The notes beneath the pieces were generated by a model that saw only the letters and a list, made by a program, of their open reading frames with translations, was not told the origin of the DNA and did not search any database. A program made the position numbers and the translations under genes. Shown piece after piece: positions 25,538 through 39,015 of a stretch of DNA of 64,000 nucleotides. This DNA comes from Eledone cirrhosa (lineage: Eukaryota): assembly GCA_964016885.1 (NCBI GenBank), contig OZ024752.1, positions 3,534,001-3,598,000 of the forward strand, in the 5' to 3' direction. Within the stretch, counting starts at the first letter, position 1, and each line of letters opens with the position of its first letter.

Positions 25538-25659
25538 ATATTTATTAAAATAACAGATTAAAGTTTAAGCAAAGAATCGCTGCTGAGTTTCAGAAGATCC
25601 GTTAAGGGTGAAAGCAGCGATTCTTTGCTTAAACTTTAATCTGTTATTTTAATAAATAT
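25538..25659. repeat. Fold-back inverted repeat (~47-bp arms)
   Basis: ATATTTATTAAAATAACAGATTAAAGTTTAAGCAAAGAATCGCTGCT and its reverse complement. Confidence 0.9.
25586..25635 (+). ncRNA. HHR-like motif with a CAGAAGA (U4A) core
   Basis: AGTTT-CAGAAGA-TCC(gttaa)GGGT-GAAA-GCA(gcgattctt)TGC-TT^AAACT. Confidence 0.55.
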
Positions 25660-25730
25660 CTGCACTACGGTTCTTATATATTTGATATATATTTATCCTT
25701 ATCGAGCCCTCTTTGGATTTTAGTCTTCAA

Positions 25731-25837
<107 letters not shown>

Positions 25838-26028
25838 ACGAGGGAATGAATTCTGTGAGATAACATCGTTATATTTTCTCCCTCATATCAAGAATTTGAA
25901 GAAAATTCATTTTCACCTGATGAGCTCAGTGATAATCGACCATGGCTTCAAAATCGATCTATCTCTTATTGAAATATGTGTCGTCATTAAATGATTGGAA
26001 TTTTAACTTGATTTCGGATTTTCATTTT

Positions 26029-27545
<1,517 letters not shown>

Positions 27546-27760
27546 TATTTACGTATCGAGAGAGAGAAAAAAAGGGGAGGATAGGTGATACATATAGTTA
27601 TTTGCCAAGTAGCGTATGCCTGAGGTGCTCGATACTAGTGCCGGCAGTATTAAATATTCGAAGTGTTATTATTTAGTGGGCTAGAGAGTTAACAGAGCGA
27701 AAGCACGTGGGAAAGTAACAAATCGGAGAATAGACCGTTAAAACATGTTTATTTAAAACA

Positions 27761-27800
27761 GCACCTACGTACGTTTCGCCCAGTTGGGCCTCTCAAGGGC
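27761..27800 (-). ncRNA. Minimal HHR motif, U3-A8 variant (left arm)
   Basis: GCCC-TTGAGAG-GCCC(aact)GGGC-GAAA-C(gtac)G-TA^GGtGC. Confidence 0.55.
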
Positions 27801-27990
27801 ATAAATAATCAAAAGTGTTCCTTACATTACTCGGAAAGAGTTTTGGGGGTTAAATCTACGTCAAGGTTCATTGCTCGCAAGGTTCATTGCAAAACCAAAA
27901 CAAGCTATTTTTGCGAGCAATGAATTTTGACGTAGTTTTAACCCCCAAAACTCTTTCCGAGTAATGTAAGGAACACTTTTGATTATTTAT

Positions 27991-28030
27991 GCCCTAGAGA
28001 AGCCCAACCGGGAGAAACGGACGTAGGTGC
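27991..28030 (+). ncRNA. Minimal HHR motif, U3-A8 variant (right arm, decayed)
   Basis: GCCC-TAGAGAA-GCCC(aacc)GGGA-GAAA-C(ggac)G-TA^GGtGC. Confidence 0.45.
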
Positions 28031-28084
28031 TGTTTTAAATAAACATGTTTTAACGGTCTATTCTCCGATTTCTTACTTTTCCAC

Positions 28085-28129
<45 letters not shown>

Positions 28130-28222
28130 AGCGAAGAAATACCAATGAAGGTTGGAAGATCATTGGTGAAGGACTAATTTTATTCATATGTAACCCATTT
28201 GCAACCACGCAGCACGCCATTT

Positions 28223-28289
<67 letters not shown>

Positions 28290-28303
<14 letters not shown>

Positions 28304-28904
28304 AAACTGAGAATGTCTGTCTGTCTCACCGGCTGACACCCGAAAATTCGAGAACCACCCAACCGACTTTCTTCAAACTTTGCACATGTAATACTTATGG
28401 TCGTCTGAGTGTTTTCAGCAAAATATATTTCAAATGGTCAATGCATTACGCGATTTAGCGATCTCTCTCTATAATTCTTAGTCTTTCTTTTTAGATAGAT
28501 ACATAGATTTAACTTGGCGCCCTTATAATATCTGTATGTATGCCTGACTCTCTGGATTACGACATTATGACGCTGTGTGTGTATATATGTATATATATAG
28601 TGTATATATATATATATATATATATAGTGTGTGTAACGTTTTTCGAAATATTTACTTCTGCGTTCACAGACTGATTTTTGTAGTTTCAGAAGATCCCGTT
28701 CAGGGTAAAGGCACCGATTCTTTGCTTAAACTTTAATCTGTTATTTATATATATAATTATATATTCGTGTACATATATTTTTGCATACATAATTACAAAT
28801 TATAAAGAAACTTATTTATTTCACGAGGCTCGATGAGTATAAATATATATCAAATATCTAAGAACCCTAGAGCAAATCCCGAGCAACGCCGGGCATTCTG
28901 CTAG
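28290..28904 (+). mobile_element. Probable non-autonomous Helitron
   Basis: 3' hairpin CCCG(agcaacgc)CGGG 7 nt before CTAG|T at about 28878-28905; 5' TATATTAAAAAAACTGAGAATGTCTGTCTGTC. Confidence 0.6.
28682..28732 (+). ncRNA. Decayed HHR-like motif, CAGAAGA family
   Basis: AGTTT-CAGAAGA-TCCC(gttca)GGGT-aaag-GCA..TGC-TT^AAACT; GAAA mutated. Confidence 0.35.
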
Positions 28905-28942
28905 TATATAATATATATATATATATAATATATATATTTATA

Positions 28943-29058
<116 letters not shown>

Positions 29059-30011
29059 ATCTATATATATATATTTATATATATATCCGTGTGTGCGTGT
29101 GTGTGAGTGTGTATATAGGATGAGATCTTTGTAAGAACAAATTACTATGACTAATGTTATAAATGATGATTGAAGTGTATCCACAAATAATACATGGGGA
29201 TATTATTATAAATGATGATTTGCCATTTATACACATCAAGATCAATTTGTTTTGTTCATGTGACTGGAAATGTGCAAAGCAAAGAGAGCAATCTGATTTT
29301 GCTCACAGGGACATAAAACTATTCTCATCAGCGAAATCCGCTGTGTGAAACTGATAAAAATTATTATCTCCTCATTTTGCACTGTTGAAGTATGCCATTA
29401 TTAGAAAAGTCTTATTCGAATATTTGACCTCTATATAATCGTGTTCCTTTCTACTGCTCTGCTCTGACTGATTTATTATCAACTAATTGCGCATATGCTG
29501 TGACTTTATAGAACAAGCTGTTGCACTTGCGCTATAAAACTTACTTATATTCTACGTCCTCTTCCTTCAGCTTATCTTATCCAGTAGATATTTCTATATT
29601 AGAAAGCAAATTGGTAGGTTACTAAACTGAACGATTGCAAATAAGTTTAGCGAATCTATTATCATTATTGCCAATAACATGATAACTTTCACTGCTATTC
29701 CGATAAAATCATATAACCAATCGCTAAATATGCTACATTACTGAGAAAACTAATAAATTAGTCAAATATTCTCATACAAAATTAGCATAAATATACTTAA
29801 TGTACTATACAGTGATTCACAGTGAATGAAATATGTTCAGGAAATATAAATGTTTAAAAGAATATCTTAACATAATTCCATTGTTTCCAAGAATGATATA
29901 CATCGAGCAAGTTTGTTGAGAATTTACACACAAATAATAATATATGTATATATGTCTGTATGTGTGTTGATGTATATATATTCTTATTTGTGTGCAAATG
30001 TATATATTGAG

Positions 30012-30128
30012 AAGGTGCGTGGGTGCATGGTTAGAAAATTAGATTCGCAATCGTGAGATTGTGGGCTCGATTACCTGAACGGGTGATGTGTTATCTCCTT
30101 GAGCAATACCCTTTATTTCACGTTGCTT
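30012..30128 (+). mobile_element. Second tRNA-derived SINE family, degenerate
   Basis: tRNA-like head (..TGGTTAG..GGCTCGATT) followed by TCCTTGAGCAATACCCTTTATTTCACGTTGCT. Confidence 0.5.
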
Positions 30129-30267
30129 AATCTGCCTGGATTTTCAACCGACAAATGTTATTAGCAATTGGAAAGACCAATGGAAACATTGTTTCCTAGG
30201 TCCGATTTGACGATCTCCACCCCACCCATTAAGCGAATGAGGTCTGCTATCTAATCGATAGACTGTC

Positions 30268-30319
<52 letters not shown>

Positions 30320-30322
<3 letters not shown>

Positions 30323-30518
30323 CCAAAGATTAATATGGTTCATTGATTACTCAATGAATACAGTTTTACAATAGATTAAAAGCACTCAACAGTTATATTT
30401 TTCATGGAGATTTTAATATTATTCAAAATATTAACAAATGAAGATATTCAAATAATCAAAATATATGTTTTATTATATATATTTCGAAGGTACTGTGTTG
30501 TTTTTTCAGTACGTCCTC
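30320..30518 (-). mobile_element. PLE-type terminal fragment (family of 33710-33900, 60300-60540, 63500-63635), HHR truncated in the core
   Basis: TTTTACAATAGATTA.AAGCA.TCAACAGT..ATTTCG.AGGTACTGTG..CAGTACGTCCTC. Confidence 0.75.
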
Positions 30519-31497
30519 GTACTGAAATTTCTCGGTGAAGATTAACAGCAATTTGGATACTGTTTAATAGTAACTTTTTCTTAATATCATATCTGTGGAA
30601 AATTGTAACCTCTACCTTTCACTTCTCCATAGACAACTTAACGTTATAAATGGACTTCTACGCATTTACCTTACGTTTAATTATCATTCTCTTCCGGTCA
30701 TCTACCTTTTTGTCCTTTTTTCTTTTATTTTCTTGTTTTTCTTCTCTCCCAGTTTACTTTTCTCAAAATACTTTTCTCAAAATACTTTTCTCAAAATACT
30801 TTTCTCAAAATATATCGTTCAATCTAATGGACTTTGGAGCAAATATTTGGTTATGGAACTTTACAATTCAATTATGTCAAATCTGCATTTATATATATAT
30901 ATATATATATAAATTATCTCTAACCTAGATTCTATAATAAATAGACGTACAGATTTGTTTTCTATCTGCCTGCATAAATTCCATAGAACTTTTCACAAAG
31001 TATACAGTTAATATTCAATTCTTTATCAATTTAGAATCTTTTCTCAAAGGCACATATACATACACCTCTTTAAAATATACCCATCTTCCTACCATACTTT
31101 AAAGGGCATTATACACTCTATAATACTTGTTTACTCATTACCCTCATTCTATCTTCACCTTGTAAAATCCTTCATAACATATACATCTGTTTTTTTTCTC
31201 TCTATCATAAATCTTTTTAATCTCATTTTCATCCTTAATTTATTATTTTTTCTCCCCATCAACGAACTCATTCTTAATACATATTAACTCTTTATTCGCA
31301 TATATTATCAATTCCTCCAATATACAAACTTTAACTTCACATTATTTTTCTCAAATCCTCTACACACAAACCTTAATAATTTTTCTCTTCGTTAATTTTG
31401 AAATTGCCACAAATACCTATCAACATACCCTTTTTTGACGTTAGAATATTCATCCACAATTATTATTTCTTCTCTCTATCTTCATACATAAATTCCC

Positions 31498-31901
31498 TTC
31501 GTTAATTTTCAAATTCCTTTAATTTATACATTATCTTCCAACGGTTCTCAACCTCTCTATGTAAACAATATATCTTTCTCTCTGTTATAAAAACTATCTC
31601 TTTCTCTCTATCACCCATCTCTCTCTCTCTCCACCTTCACTCTCATCTCCTCCCCCTTTTTTCATCCTTTCCACCCCCCTCCCTAAATAAAATACATTTT
31701 CCTCGCACATATCCTCCTTTCGTTAATTTTCAAATTTTTTTAATTTATACATTATCTTCCAACGGTTTTCAACCTCTCTATGTAAAACAATATATCTCCT
31801 CTCAGTTATAAAAACTATCTCTTTCTCTCTATCACCCATATCTCCCTCTCATCTCCTCCCCTTTTTCATCCCCCCCCCTCTCTAAATAAAATATTTTTCC
31901 C
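31498..31901 (+). repeat. Tandem duplication of a ~200-bp unit
   Basis: TTCGTTAATTTTCAAATT..TTATACATTATCTTCCAACGG..TAAATAAAATA at about 31498 and 31719. Confidence 0.85.
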
Positions 31902-31995
31902 AATATCACACATCAATCTAAAACCACTTTTCATATGTTGATTTAAAACTGCACTATCCACAAGTGTTTTTTAGCCTTCATATCATGTTCTCCTG

Positions 31996-32062
31996 TTTTA
32001 TCTGATGAAAACACAAATATTATTGCATGATGATGTTTGTTTTTGAAATGCGCATAATAAAA
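31996..32062 (+). ncRNA. Type I HHR motif
   Basis: TTTTAT-CTGATGA-AAAC..GTTTTT-GAAA-T(gcgc)A-TA^ATAAAA. Confidence 0.75.
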
Positions 32063-32094
32063 TACATGGAACTCCTTTAACCATCTTTTGATCT

Positions 32095-32137
<43 letters not shown>

Positions 32138-32565
32138 ATATGTGTATATATATACATATTAAAATACACTTTTGAAATACGAGTGTATTAGAATTCTCAT
32201 GAAAATGGGAAAACTCGGCTTATGGAAGCTGTTAGAACAGCAAAATACAGTCGAAGCGGCGTTGGGTAAAATATTACCTGGAAGGACAGAGAGCAGCGAC
32301 TGGTGTGAGTTGTTTTGAAGGAAGGAAGTGAAGATAGGATGGAGGAAAAAAGAATGGATGAGAGCGAACAGGTCACAAACACTAGAATATGCTCATCAGA
32401 TCTCAACCTAAGCAGTTTCGACGAATTAATGAGATTACTGCAAAGAATAGGAGGCTCATAACGGAGTATAAATATCTTCGTCGAAATAATGTTTGCGATG
32501 GGACAGGTTAGAGAGAGAGAGAGAAAGATGGAGTGCGTCTGATCGACCTCAAGTCTTCGCCTGAA

Positions 32566-32857
32566 TGGAAGAATATTGGCATTGTAAGTAGAGCTGGCCT
32601 GTAGAATGAAGAGAGGGGGCAGGAAGAAGGTAACAGTGGGAGGGAGAGGGAGAAGAGAAGGAACAGTGAGAGAGAAGGGAGAGAAAAAAGAAAGAAAGAA
32701 AGCACGAGGAACAGAGGAAGAGGGAAGAAAAGACAACTCACCTCAGGCAAGTTATCAATCCGTGTTAGAAGGCTACGCTCTACTGACGCCAATATACTTC
32801 CACCCCCTCTCTCCCTTCTCCAGGCCAGCTCTACTTACAACGCCAATATTCTTCCAT
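32566..32857. repeat. Inverted repeat (~40-bp arms) around a purine-rich tract
   Basis: TGGAAGAATATTGGCATTGTAAGTAGAGCTGGCCTG versus CAGGCCAGCTCTACTTACAACGCCAATATTCTTCCA. Confidence 0.8.
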
Positions 32858-33785
32858 ATTGTTTCCATTTTCCTGAGAATTATATATATATATAATAAGG
32901 AGTTGACGGACCCAGCATATTTATCAATGCCAGGACCGGTTGTATCTCAGCGTACTCAATAGGTAATATAGGATACATTCCCAGAGTATACACATAGTTA
33001 TTCGCTTCAATACAACACACGTAAACGGGTAGTTCCCGGACTCGAGTTTCGGCCACACTTAAAGCAGCAGTAGGGTGCACTGCACCCTCTGTCTGCATAT
33101 ATTATGCAACAATGCATAATTAGCGCATGTGGATTCATCAGCAGGTAACGCCTAATCAATAACCAATCGATCGACAGAATTCAACTCCAGTCCATGCTGG
33201 CTATGACTGTTTGTGACGGCAGACACAGTAAAGTGATTAGCAACTGGAATCTGATACAACTCTGTCCCCCGATCGGCCACTGATTTACAAATTTACGTGA
33301 TGGCAGTAGATTAGAAAACAAATATTTCCGCTCCCGTCAAAAGCCTCAGCCAACGTGTCTCAAACACAAATCAATGAGATAGTGAAAAGTTGGTTATTAG
33401 AAAAAACCAGTCCCACATCGTTGTATAGTAGAATGGTAGCATCTGGCTCCAGTCTCATAGTCCCATGGCGATAGTAACAGTGGTAGTGCCTAGAACCTTT
33501 ATCGGAAATTAAATGCCAGCATCTACTATACAGCGATATAGAGTAGCGTGCTAGTAGCGAATGCCACGTGTGTAAACCAGTCTATTTCACAATTTAAAAG
33601 ATTCGATAAGTGAGTGGGAGAGAGAATTAGTAGCAGGAATTAGAGCGCATATCAAAACAGAAACAATAAAAAAAGTGAAAAACTGTTTACCTTACTCTCA
33701 TTAAACAGGGTTCCTTGATTAATAAATGAATATAGTTTTACAATAGATTAGAAGCATTCAACAGTAGAGTTTTCTGGAGTTATTG

Positions 33786-34012
33786 ATATTAATTCAAAAT
33801 ATTAATAAATATAGACATTCAACGTAATCAAAATATATTTTATTATATATATTTCGGAGGTACTGTGCTGTTTTTTCAGTACGTCCTCATCAGATAAAAT
33901 ATATAAATTGAGGACGTACTGAAAAAACAGCACAGTACCTCCGAAATATATATAATAAAATATATTTTGATTACGTTGAATGTCTATATTTATTAATATT
34001 TTGAATTAATAT
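33786..34012. repeat. Fold-back inverted repeat (~104-bp arms, 19-nt spacer)
   Basis: 33786-33889 is the reverse complement of 33909-34012. Confidence 0.9.
33837..33900 (-). ncRNA. Type I HHR motif, intact
   Basis: ATTTTAT-CTGATGA-GGAcGTACTG(aaaaaacagca)CAGTACcTCC-GAAA-T(atat)A-TA^ATAAAAT. Confidence 0.85.
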
Positions 34013-34159
34013 ACATATATATATATATAAATGTAATCTGAGTTTTTTGAATATTAATAATAATATTCGATTCGTTTGCAATTATGCAAACAGCCTCTTT
34101 TTTAAGCCATGTCAGTAGAATGCGCCCCTCATTCTTGCCCTTGTGGTGGCATGTAAACA

Positions 34160-34209
34160 GAACTGCAGACACTAATGTTTCTGGGTATCACCCTTCATCA
34201 GTGCAGTTC
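34160..34209 (-). ncRNA. Type I HHR motif, intact
   Basis: GAACTGCA-CTGATGA-aGGGT(gat)ACCCa-GAAA-CA(ttag)TG-TC^TGCAGTTC; 8-bp helix I, GUC triplet. Confidence 0.85.
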
Positions 34210-34536
34210 ACTGTTCACCTGCCAACTGTCAGAGCTAGTGAAATTATATGATATTTTCTAAAATATACAGTGACTGATCGGCCTGATTTGATTATTAGCA
34301 GATTGGCTGATCAGTCACATCTGCATATTAGCAGATACACTAATTTGCAGCCAGATTTGCATATCAGCAGACAGGCCAGTCAGTTTCCTGTATACGAGCG
34401 ATAAATGGCCGGCTTTGCTATATTTAAATAAATAAAAATACTAAAAAATGTAAAAAGAGTTATCGATCTCATGGGTGAATATTCAGCCATGTAGAGCGAT
34501 ATTTATATATATATATATATATATATATAAATATCT

Positions 34537-34629
<93 letters not shown>

Positions 34630-34691
34630 CTAATAATATATATATATTTTTTCATCTAATAATTCTAGGGGCATGATTTATGATATATATA

Positions 34692-34847
34692 TCGTTTCTG
34701 AATTTGTTTAGCTAGATTCTTTATCTGAAAACGTGTGTTGAAACCGATATAGTTATACTTTGGGAGGGTCATGTTGCCAATAAATTGAAGTGAAAGCACC
34801 TGGTGCGTGTGTTTCTTATTGGCAACATGACCCTCCCAAATATAACA
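34692..34847. mobile_element. Short repeat with terminal inversion, also at 50028-50198
   Basis: Shared TCGTTTCTGAATTTGTTTAG..TTATCTGAAAACGTGTGTTGAAACCGATAT; arms 34752-34783 and 34817-34847 are inverted. Confidence 0.65.
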
Positions 34848-34859
34848 ATATATATATAT

Positions 34860-34975
34860 ATGGGGTATTGGCAGAGTCGTTAGAACATAGGCTAGAATGG
34901 TTTATGGTATTCCTTCCGGCTATCTTTTCTCTGACTTCAAATCCCGCCGATGTCAAACATGCCTTTCAACCTCTT
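34860..34975 (+). mobile_element. SINE 5' part, degenerate
   Basis: TTGGCAGAGTCGTTAGA..CTGACTTCAAATCCCGCCGA..GCCTTTCA. Confidence 0.6.
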
Positions 34976-35799
34976 ACTTTGTAAAACATTATACTAATCA
35001 AACAAAACAGATCGCTGATCAATGTTGTTGCTGTGTTATGTACTATAAAATAATTAACCGTTATATCAGCCTATACTCTATTATTCAAATTAGTGTGAGT
35101 AAATATCTAAGGCCTAGTTTGTATACATTATAGATAACTATAAGCCATTAATCGCTCTGATGGCAGCCTGAGAAGAATAGAAAAATCAATGTCTAGTCAA
35201 ATTGATTCACTGCTGACAGAGAAATAAGAGATATGGTGTAAGCACATTGTTTATTTTTAACAACACGAGTAAGATTGTATTCTTATTTTTTTTAAATACC
35301 ACTTACCTTTCAAATTATATGTAAATGCTGTCGAACGCACAATAATTCAATTAAAAAGAAATCCATCTTTTATAAACTTATTAAGTAGCCTTTCCTCTGT
35401 ATATTTTCTATAATCCCTCTTGGATTACAAAACACACATTGGTTCAATTATTCTTAGATATTGTCAAGTGAAGAAAACATTAGGTTTAATAAATACATAT
35501 TTTGTTATATTTTAGTGTAACTGCTTTTTTTCTCAGATAACAAAGACTTTCATATTTATAAATGTCCATATTTCTTTAGCCTCTGTGAATTTCCTCTTTT
35601 TATTTCTAGCTACAGCTTAAAGGGATAGTCAATAACAATTAAAATACTGTGAAATTATAGTTGAATAAAGATTGACTGGACTTGAACATAACATTTAAAA
35701 TGTTAAATTAATTTACCTCTTTCTATTATATGCATATGATATTACGGAATTTGATACCTGATTACTAATGTATAATTAATAATTCATATAAAATTTCTC

Positions 35800-35935
35800 A
35801 TGTATGTTATCCAACCATCTTACTCGGGGTCTACCTCTGGGTCTTTTCCCGGTTGATTTGGCCCCTAAAATGTGTCTAGTGACTCTTTCCTGAGACATTC
35901 TAACCACATTCCCATAGTATCGGAACTTGGCTCGT
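35800..35935 (-). mobile_element. RTE-clade LINE C-terminal fragment
   Basis: RYYGNVVRMSQERVTRHILGAKSTGKRPRGRPRVRWLDNI. Confidence 0.75.
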
Positions 35936-36770
35936 CCCGCTTGGGGATCCAGCCGGATAAGTTTCAGAAGTTTGCTTCTAACAGGACCTGCTGGAAGGAG
36001 TGTTTGAAGACTCTGCCTCCACGACTCTCTCAGGAATAAATGGGCGAAGAAGAAGATACATGTTCTTAAGTATTTTGTCATATTCGAGCATGTTTCTGTA
36101 CATAGGCTTTCTTTTCGATTCATTATCTATTTCAGAAAGGTTTGACTGTTGTTACTTGTAGATGAGACAACCAAATAGACGGCTGATCCTTGCCGTAACG
36201 TCGCTGATGAGGTTTAATTAAACCAAATCATGTTTATATTCTATCTTTTTGCCTAGTGCAGTACATCACATTCACTCTGCACAGCATTCCATATTAAATT
36301 ATAATTAAAATATCGAGTTCGTATACACTGTATTATTTCCATAAGAGTTATATATTTAGGTAATGATTGTTCTCATTATTGACTTTCAAAATTTAATTAA
36401 TTAGAATGCATTGCCTTTCTAAATTACATCTGCTATCGAGGACTTTTTAGTTAACAAACTCAGGCGTCTGAGGAAATGTGAATCCAAATACAAACAAATA
36501 AAAATTCGAATAAGAATATCAAATAAATTGATTAGCACCAATGTCATAATACAACAAAGTTAAATTAATTGGTATTTTAAAAATATATAAAAAAAAAAGA
36601 ATTAAACAATGCTAACATAAACCAGTTAATATAATCATAACCACAATTGTCAGTGATTTTTCGCATTGAGATTTGTAGTAGACCGTTTGTAGTTTATGGC
36701 ATCTGAGATGACTTATAGGCAACAATCCATTTACCATTATGTGTTTGTATATATATATATATATATATAT

Positions 36771-36962
36771 AATATGTTGAAAAGGTAACACACTAGAGAG
36801 AGATAGTGTGCCATCAATAAACAGGGAAAACCACCAGTGTATGGAATCTATAATCTATGGAAGGCAGCCTTTCATGGATTATAGATTCCATACACTAGTG
36901 GTTTTCCCTGTTTTATTGATGGCAGACTATCTCTCTCTAGTGTGTTACCTTTTCAACATATT
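36771..36962. repeat. Near-perfect ~190-bp palindrome
   Basis: AATATGTTGAAAAGGTAACACACTAGAGAGAG..AAGGC-a-GCCTT..CTCTCTCTAGTGTGTTACCTTTTCAACATATT. Confidence 0.9.
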
Positions 36963-37057
36963 GTATTTTAAAGAGCTCAGGATTCCTTTTCCTTTGAGCA
37001 CATTATCGACAGGGAATAACGAGTCTATGGCTCCGTTAATCTACCGTGATATCTATC

Positions 37058-37088
<31 letters not shown>

Positions 37089-37117
37089 GTGTGTGGGTGT
37101 GTGTGTGTGTGTGTGTG

Positions 37118-37465
37118 TGGTGGATTGGCAGTATCAGTTGAGCAGCGGACACCCTGCAGTTATGGCCCTTTGTGTTCTGAGTTCAAATCCCGCCGAGTCT
37201 AGCTTTCCTTACGGGGTCGATAAAATAGAGCACCAGTAACACACAGGTGTAATTGATTGCCTTGTGCCAAAATGAGAAAGGTGAATTGGCAGTATCGGTA
37301 GAGGGTGGGACGCCATGCTTTCTAGCATAGTTACGTCCCTTTACAGTCTGAGTTCAAATCCCACCGAGGTTAACTTTGCCTTTCATCCTTACGGGGTAAA
37401 TAAAATAAAGTACCAGTAATGTACTGAGTATTTTGCTGGCCTTGTGCCGAAAGTAGAATCAATTA
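37118..37465 (+). mobile_element. Two tandem SINE copies
   Basis: Two heads ATTGGCAGTATC (about 37124 and 37286), each followed by B-box and core. Confidence 0.85.
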
Positions 37466-38842
37466 TTATTATAATTATTAAAGTCTGCTCCACACAGTCG
37501 ATCGCTGCTTTAGCTTTCCATGTAAGCCCCTCTATTATGAACATTCGAACATAGTTGAACATGTTGAAAATAAATATTCGAACATGTTGAAAATAAATAT
37601 TTCTATATATGACGTCTAATTCTCTGAATTTTCTATTCTTCCTCATATCTATACGTATTGTTTTCTAACCTTCAGTATAAGCGGAAATATAAGGAAATGT
37701 ACAGCCAATTAACACAAACTCTGTAGATTTCGGGTAATAATGTTACTACATTTCAAGAGCGAAAGACAAATGGATTTCTCCTGAATTTGAACTCAGTATA
37801 ATTATATACATATAACATACTATGTCAATCTACCACCCATCAGATAATATATAAAAAGAAAATAATTTCGCCGCCATAAATATATATGGAAATAAGCATG
37901 CACAAACAATGTGTTTCTAGTACAATTGGGCCAGCGCGACTACACATTTATTTCCTTGCAGTAACACAAAAATAAATCTATTGTGAATTCCACAAAGCTA
38001 ACTTCATATACTCTTTGTCATTAGAATGTATTGACAACTTTAGATATATTTTTATCTAATTCTATCATATATGTCCATACATTTGAGAATCTCTTTATCT
38101 CTAGCCTACTTATTATTGTATTTATACAGAACCATGAGATAACTGAATTTTCCCATAAAATGATCTATTTATGAAGATGTGTTGATAAACCATGCCACAA
38201 ATTCATTCTATCTGTATGTTTCACAAACAATAAGATGGAACCCCTGGGATTCAAAACAGATCACGATAGTTCCTAACTGGCAAGTGAAGTGACCTCTTTG
38301 ACTTCTATTTGAGTGCAGGTTTAAGTATTTAATACTAGTTGCCATATGAGCCACGACAAGCTGTCAGTAAATCGGTACAGAATCGCTCTTAAAACAATTT
38401 TCATTTGAATATATTGATATGTTTCATATACAATGAAAGAATAAATCTACCACGGATTCCTGTACAAATATATATATATTATTATTGGTTCCAATCTGAT
38501 ATCCAACTATAATAATAATATGTTTAATGTACGGTACATTAAATAAGAAAAATATATAGAAATAAATACGCAGTGTTGAAACATATAACCGTATATATTT
38601 AAATTAGTGATATTATTGTCATGTTGTGACCAATACGGAAGAGAATCCGGTACATATTATGGCCTCGACAGGAAAACCATTCCTTCAGCAAACAAGTTCA
38701 TGTAGTGTCAAAAGTATAACTATGTAAATATAGATTGTAATATCAGTCAGTATTCCATGTTGGAATGTGGTAAGTTGATGATATATATGACTTCCCAATA
38801 AATAATGCTGTACTATCACGTATAAATTTCTGCAATAGTTCT

Positions 38843-39015
38843 ACAGCCCCATTACTGCCGTGCCCTAGGACCTGAACCCAACATCCTCCCCTCTCCATTC
38901 TTCTGTGACACTAGAGCCATTGCATTTCTCTTTCTTTTCCGTTTTTTTTATATTTTCTTTTTTTACGTTCCATTCTTTCTTCTCAATCTATTTCTTTTTC
39001 TATTGAATTGTATTT
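38843..39015 (+). repeat. Unclassified interspersed repeat, also at 61968-62177
   Basis: Shared CAGCCCC..GCCG.GCCCTAGG..TTCTG.GACACTAGAG..TTCTCAATCTA..TTTCTTTTTCTATT. Confidence 0.65.

Larger units (their letters stand above)
27704..28087. repeat. Long inverted repeat (~175-bp arms, 30-bp spacer), PLE-type fold-back
   Basis: 27704-27880 is the near-perfect reverse complement of 27911-28087. Confidence 0.9.

Noticed and set aside
36200-36235. CTGATGA-GGTTT(aatt)AAACC hairpin
   Set aside because: GAAA missing and no helix I or III; decayed or chance
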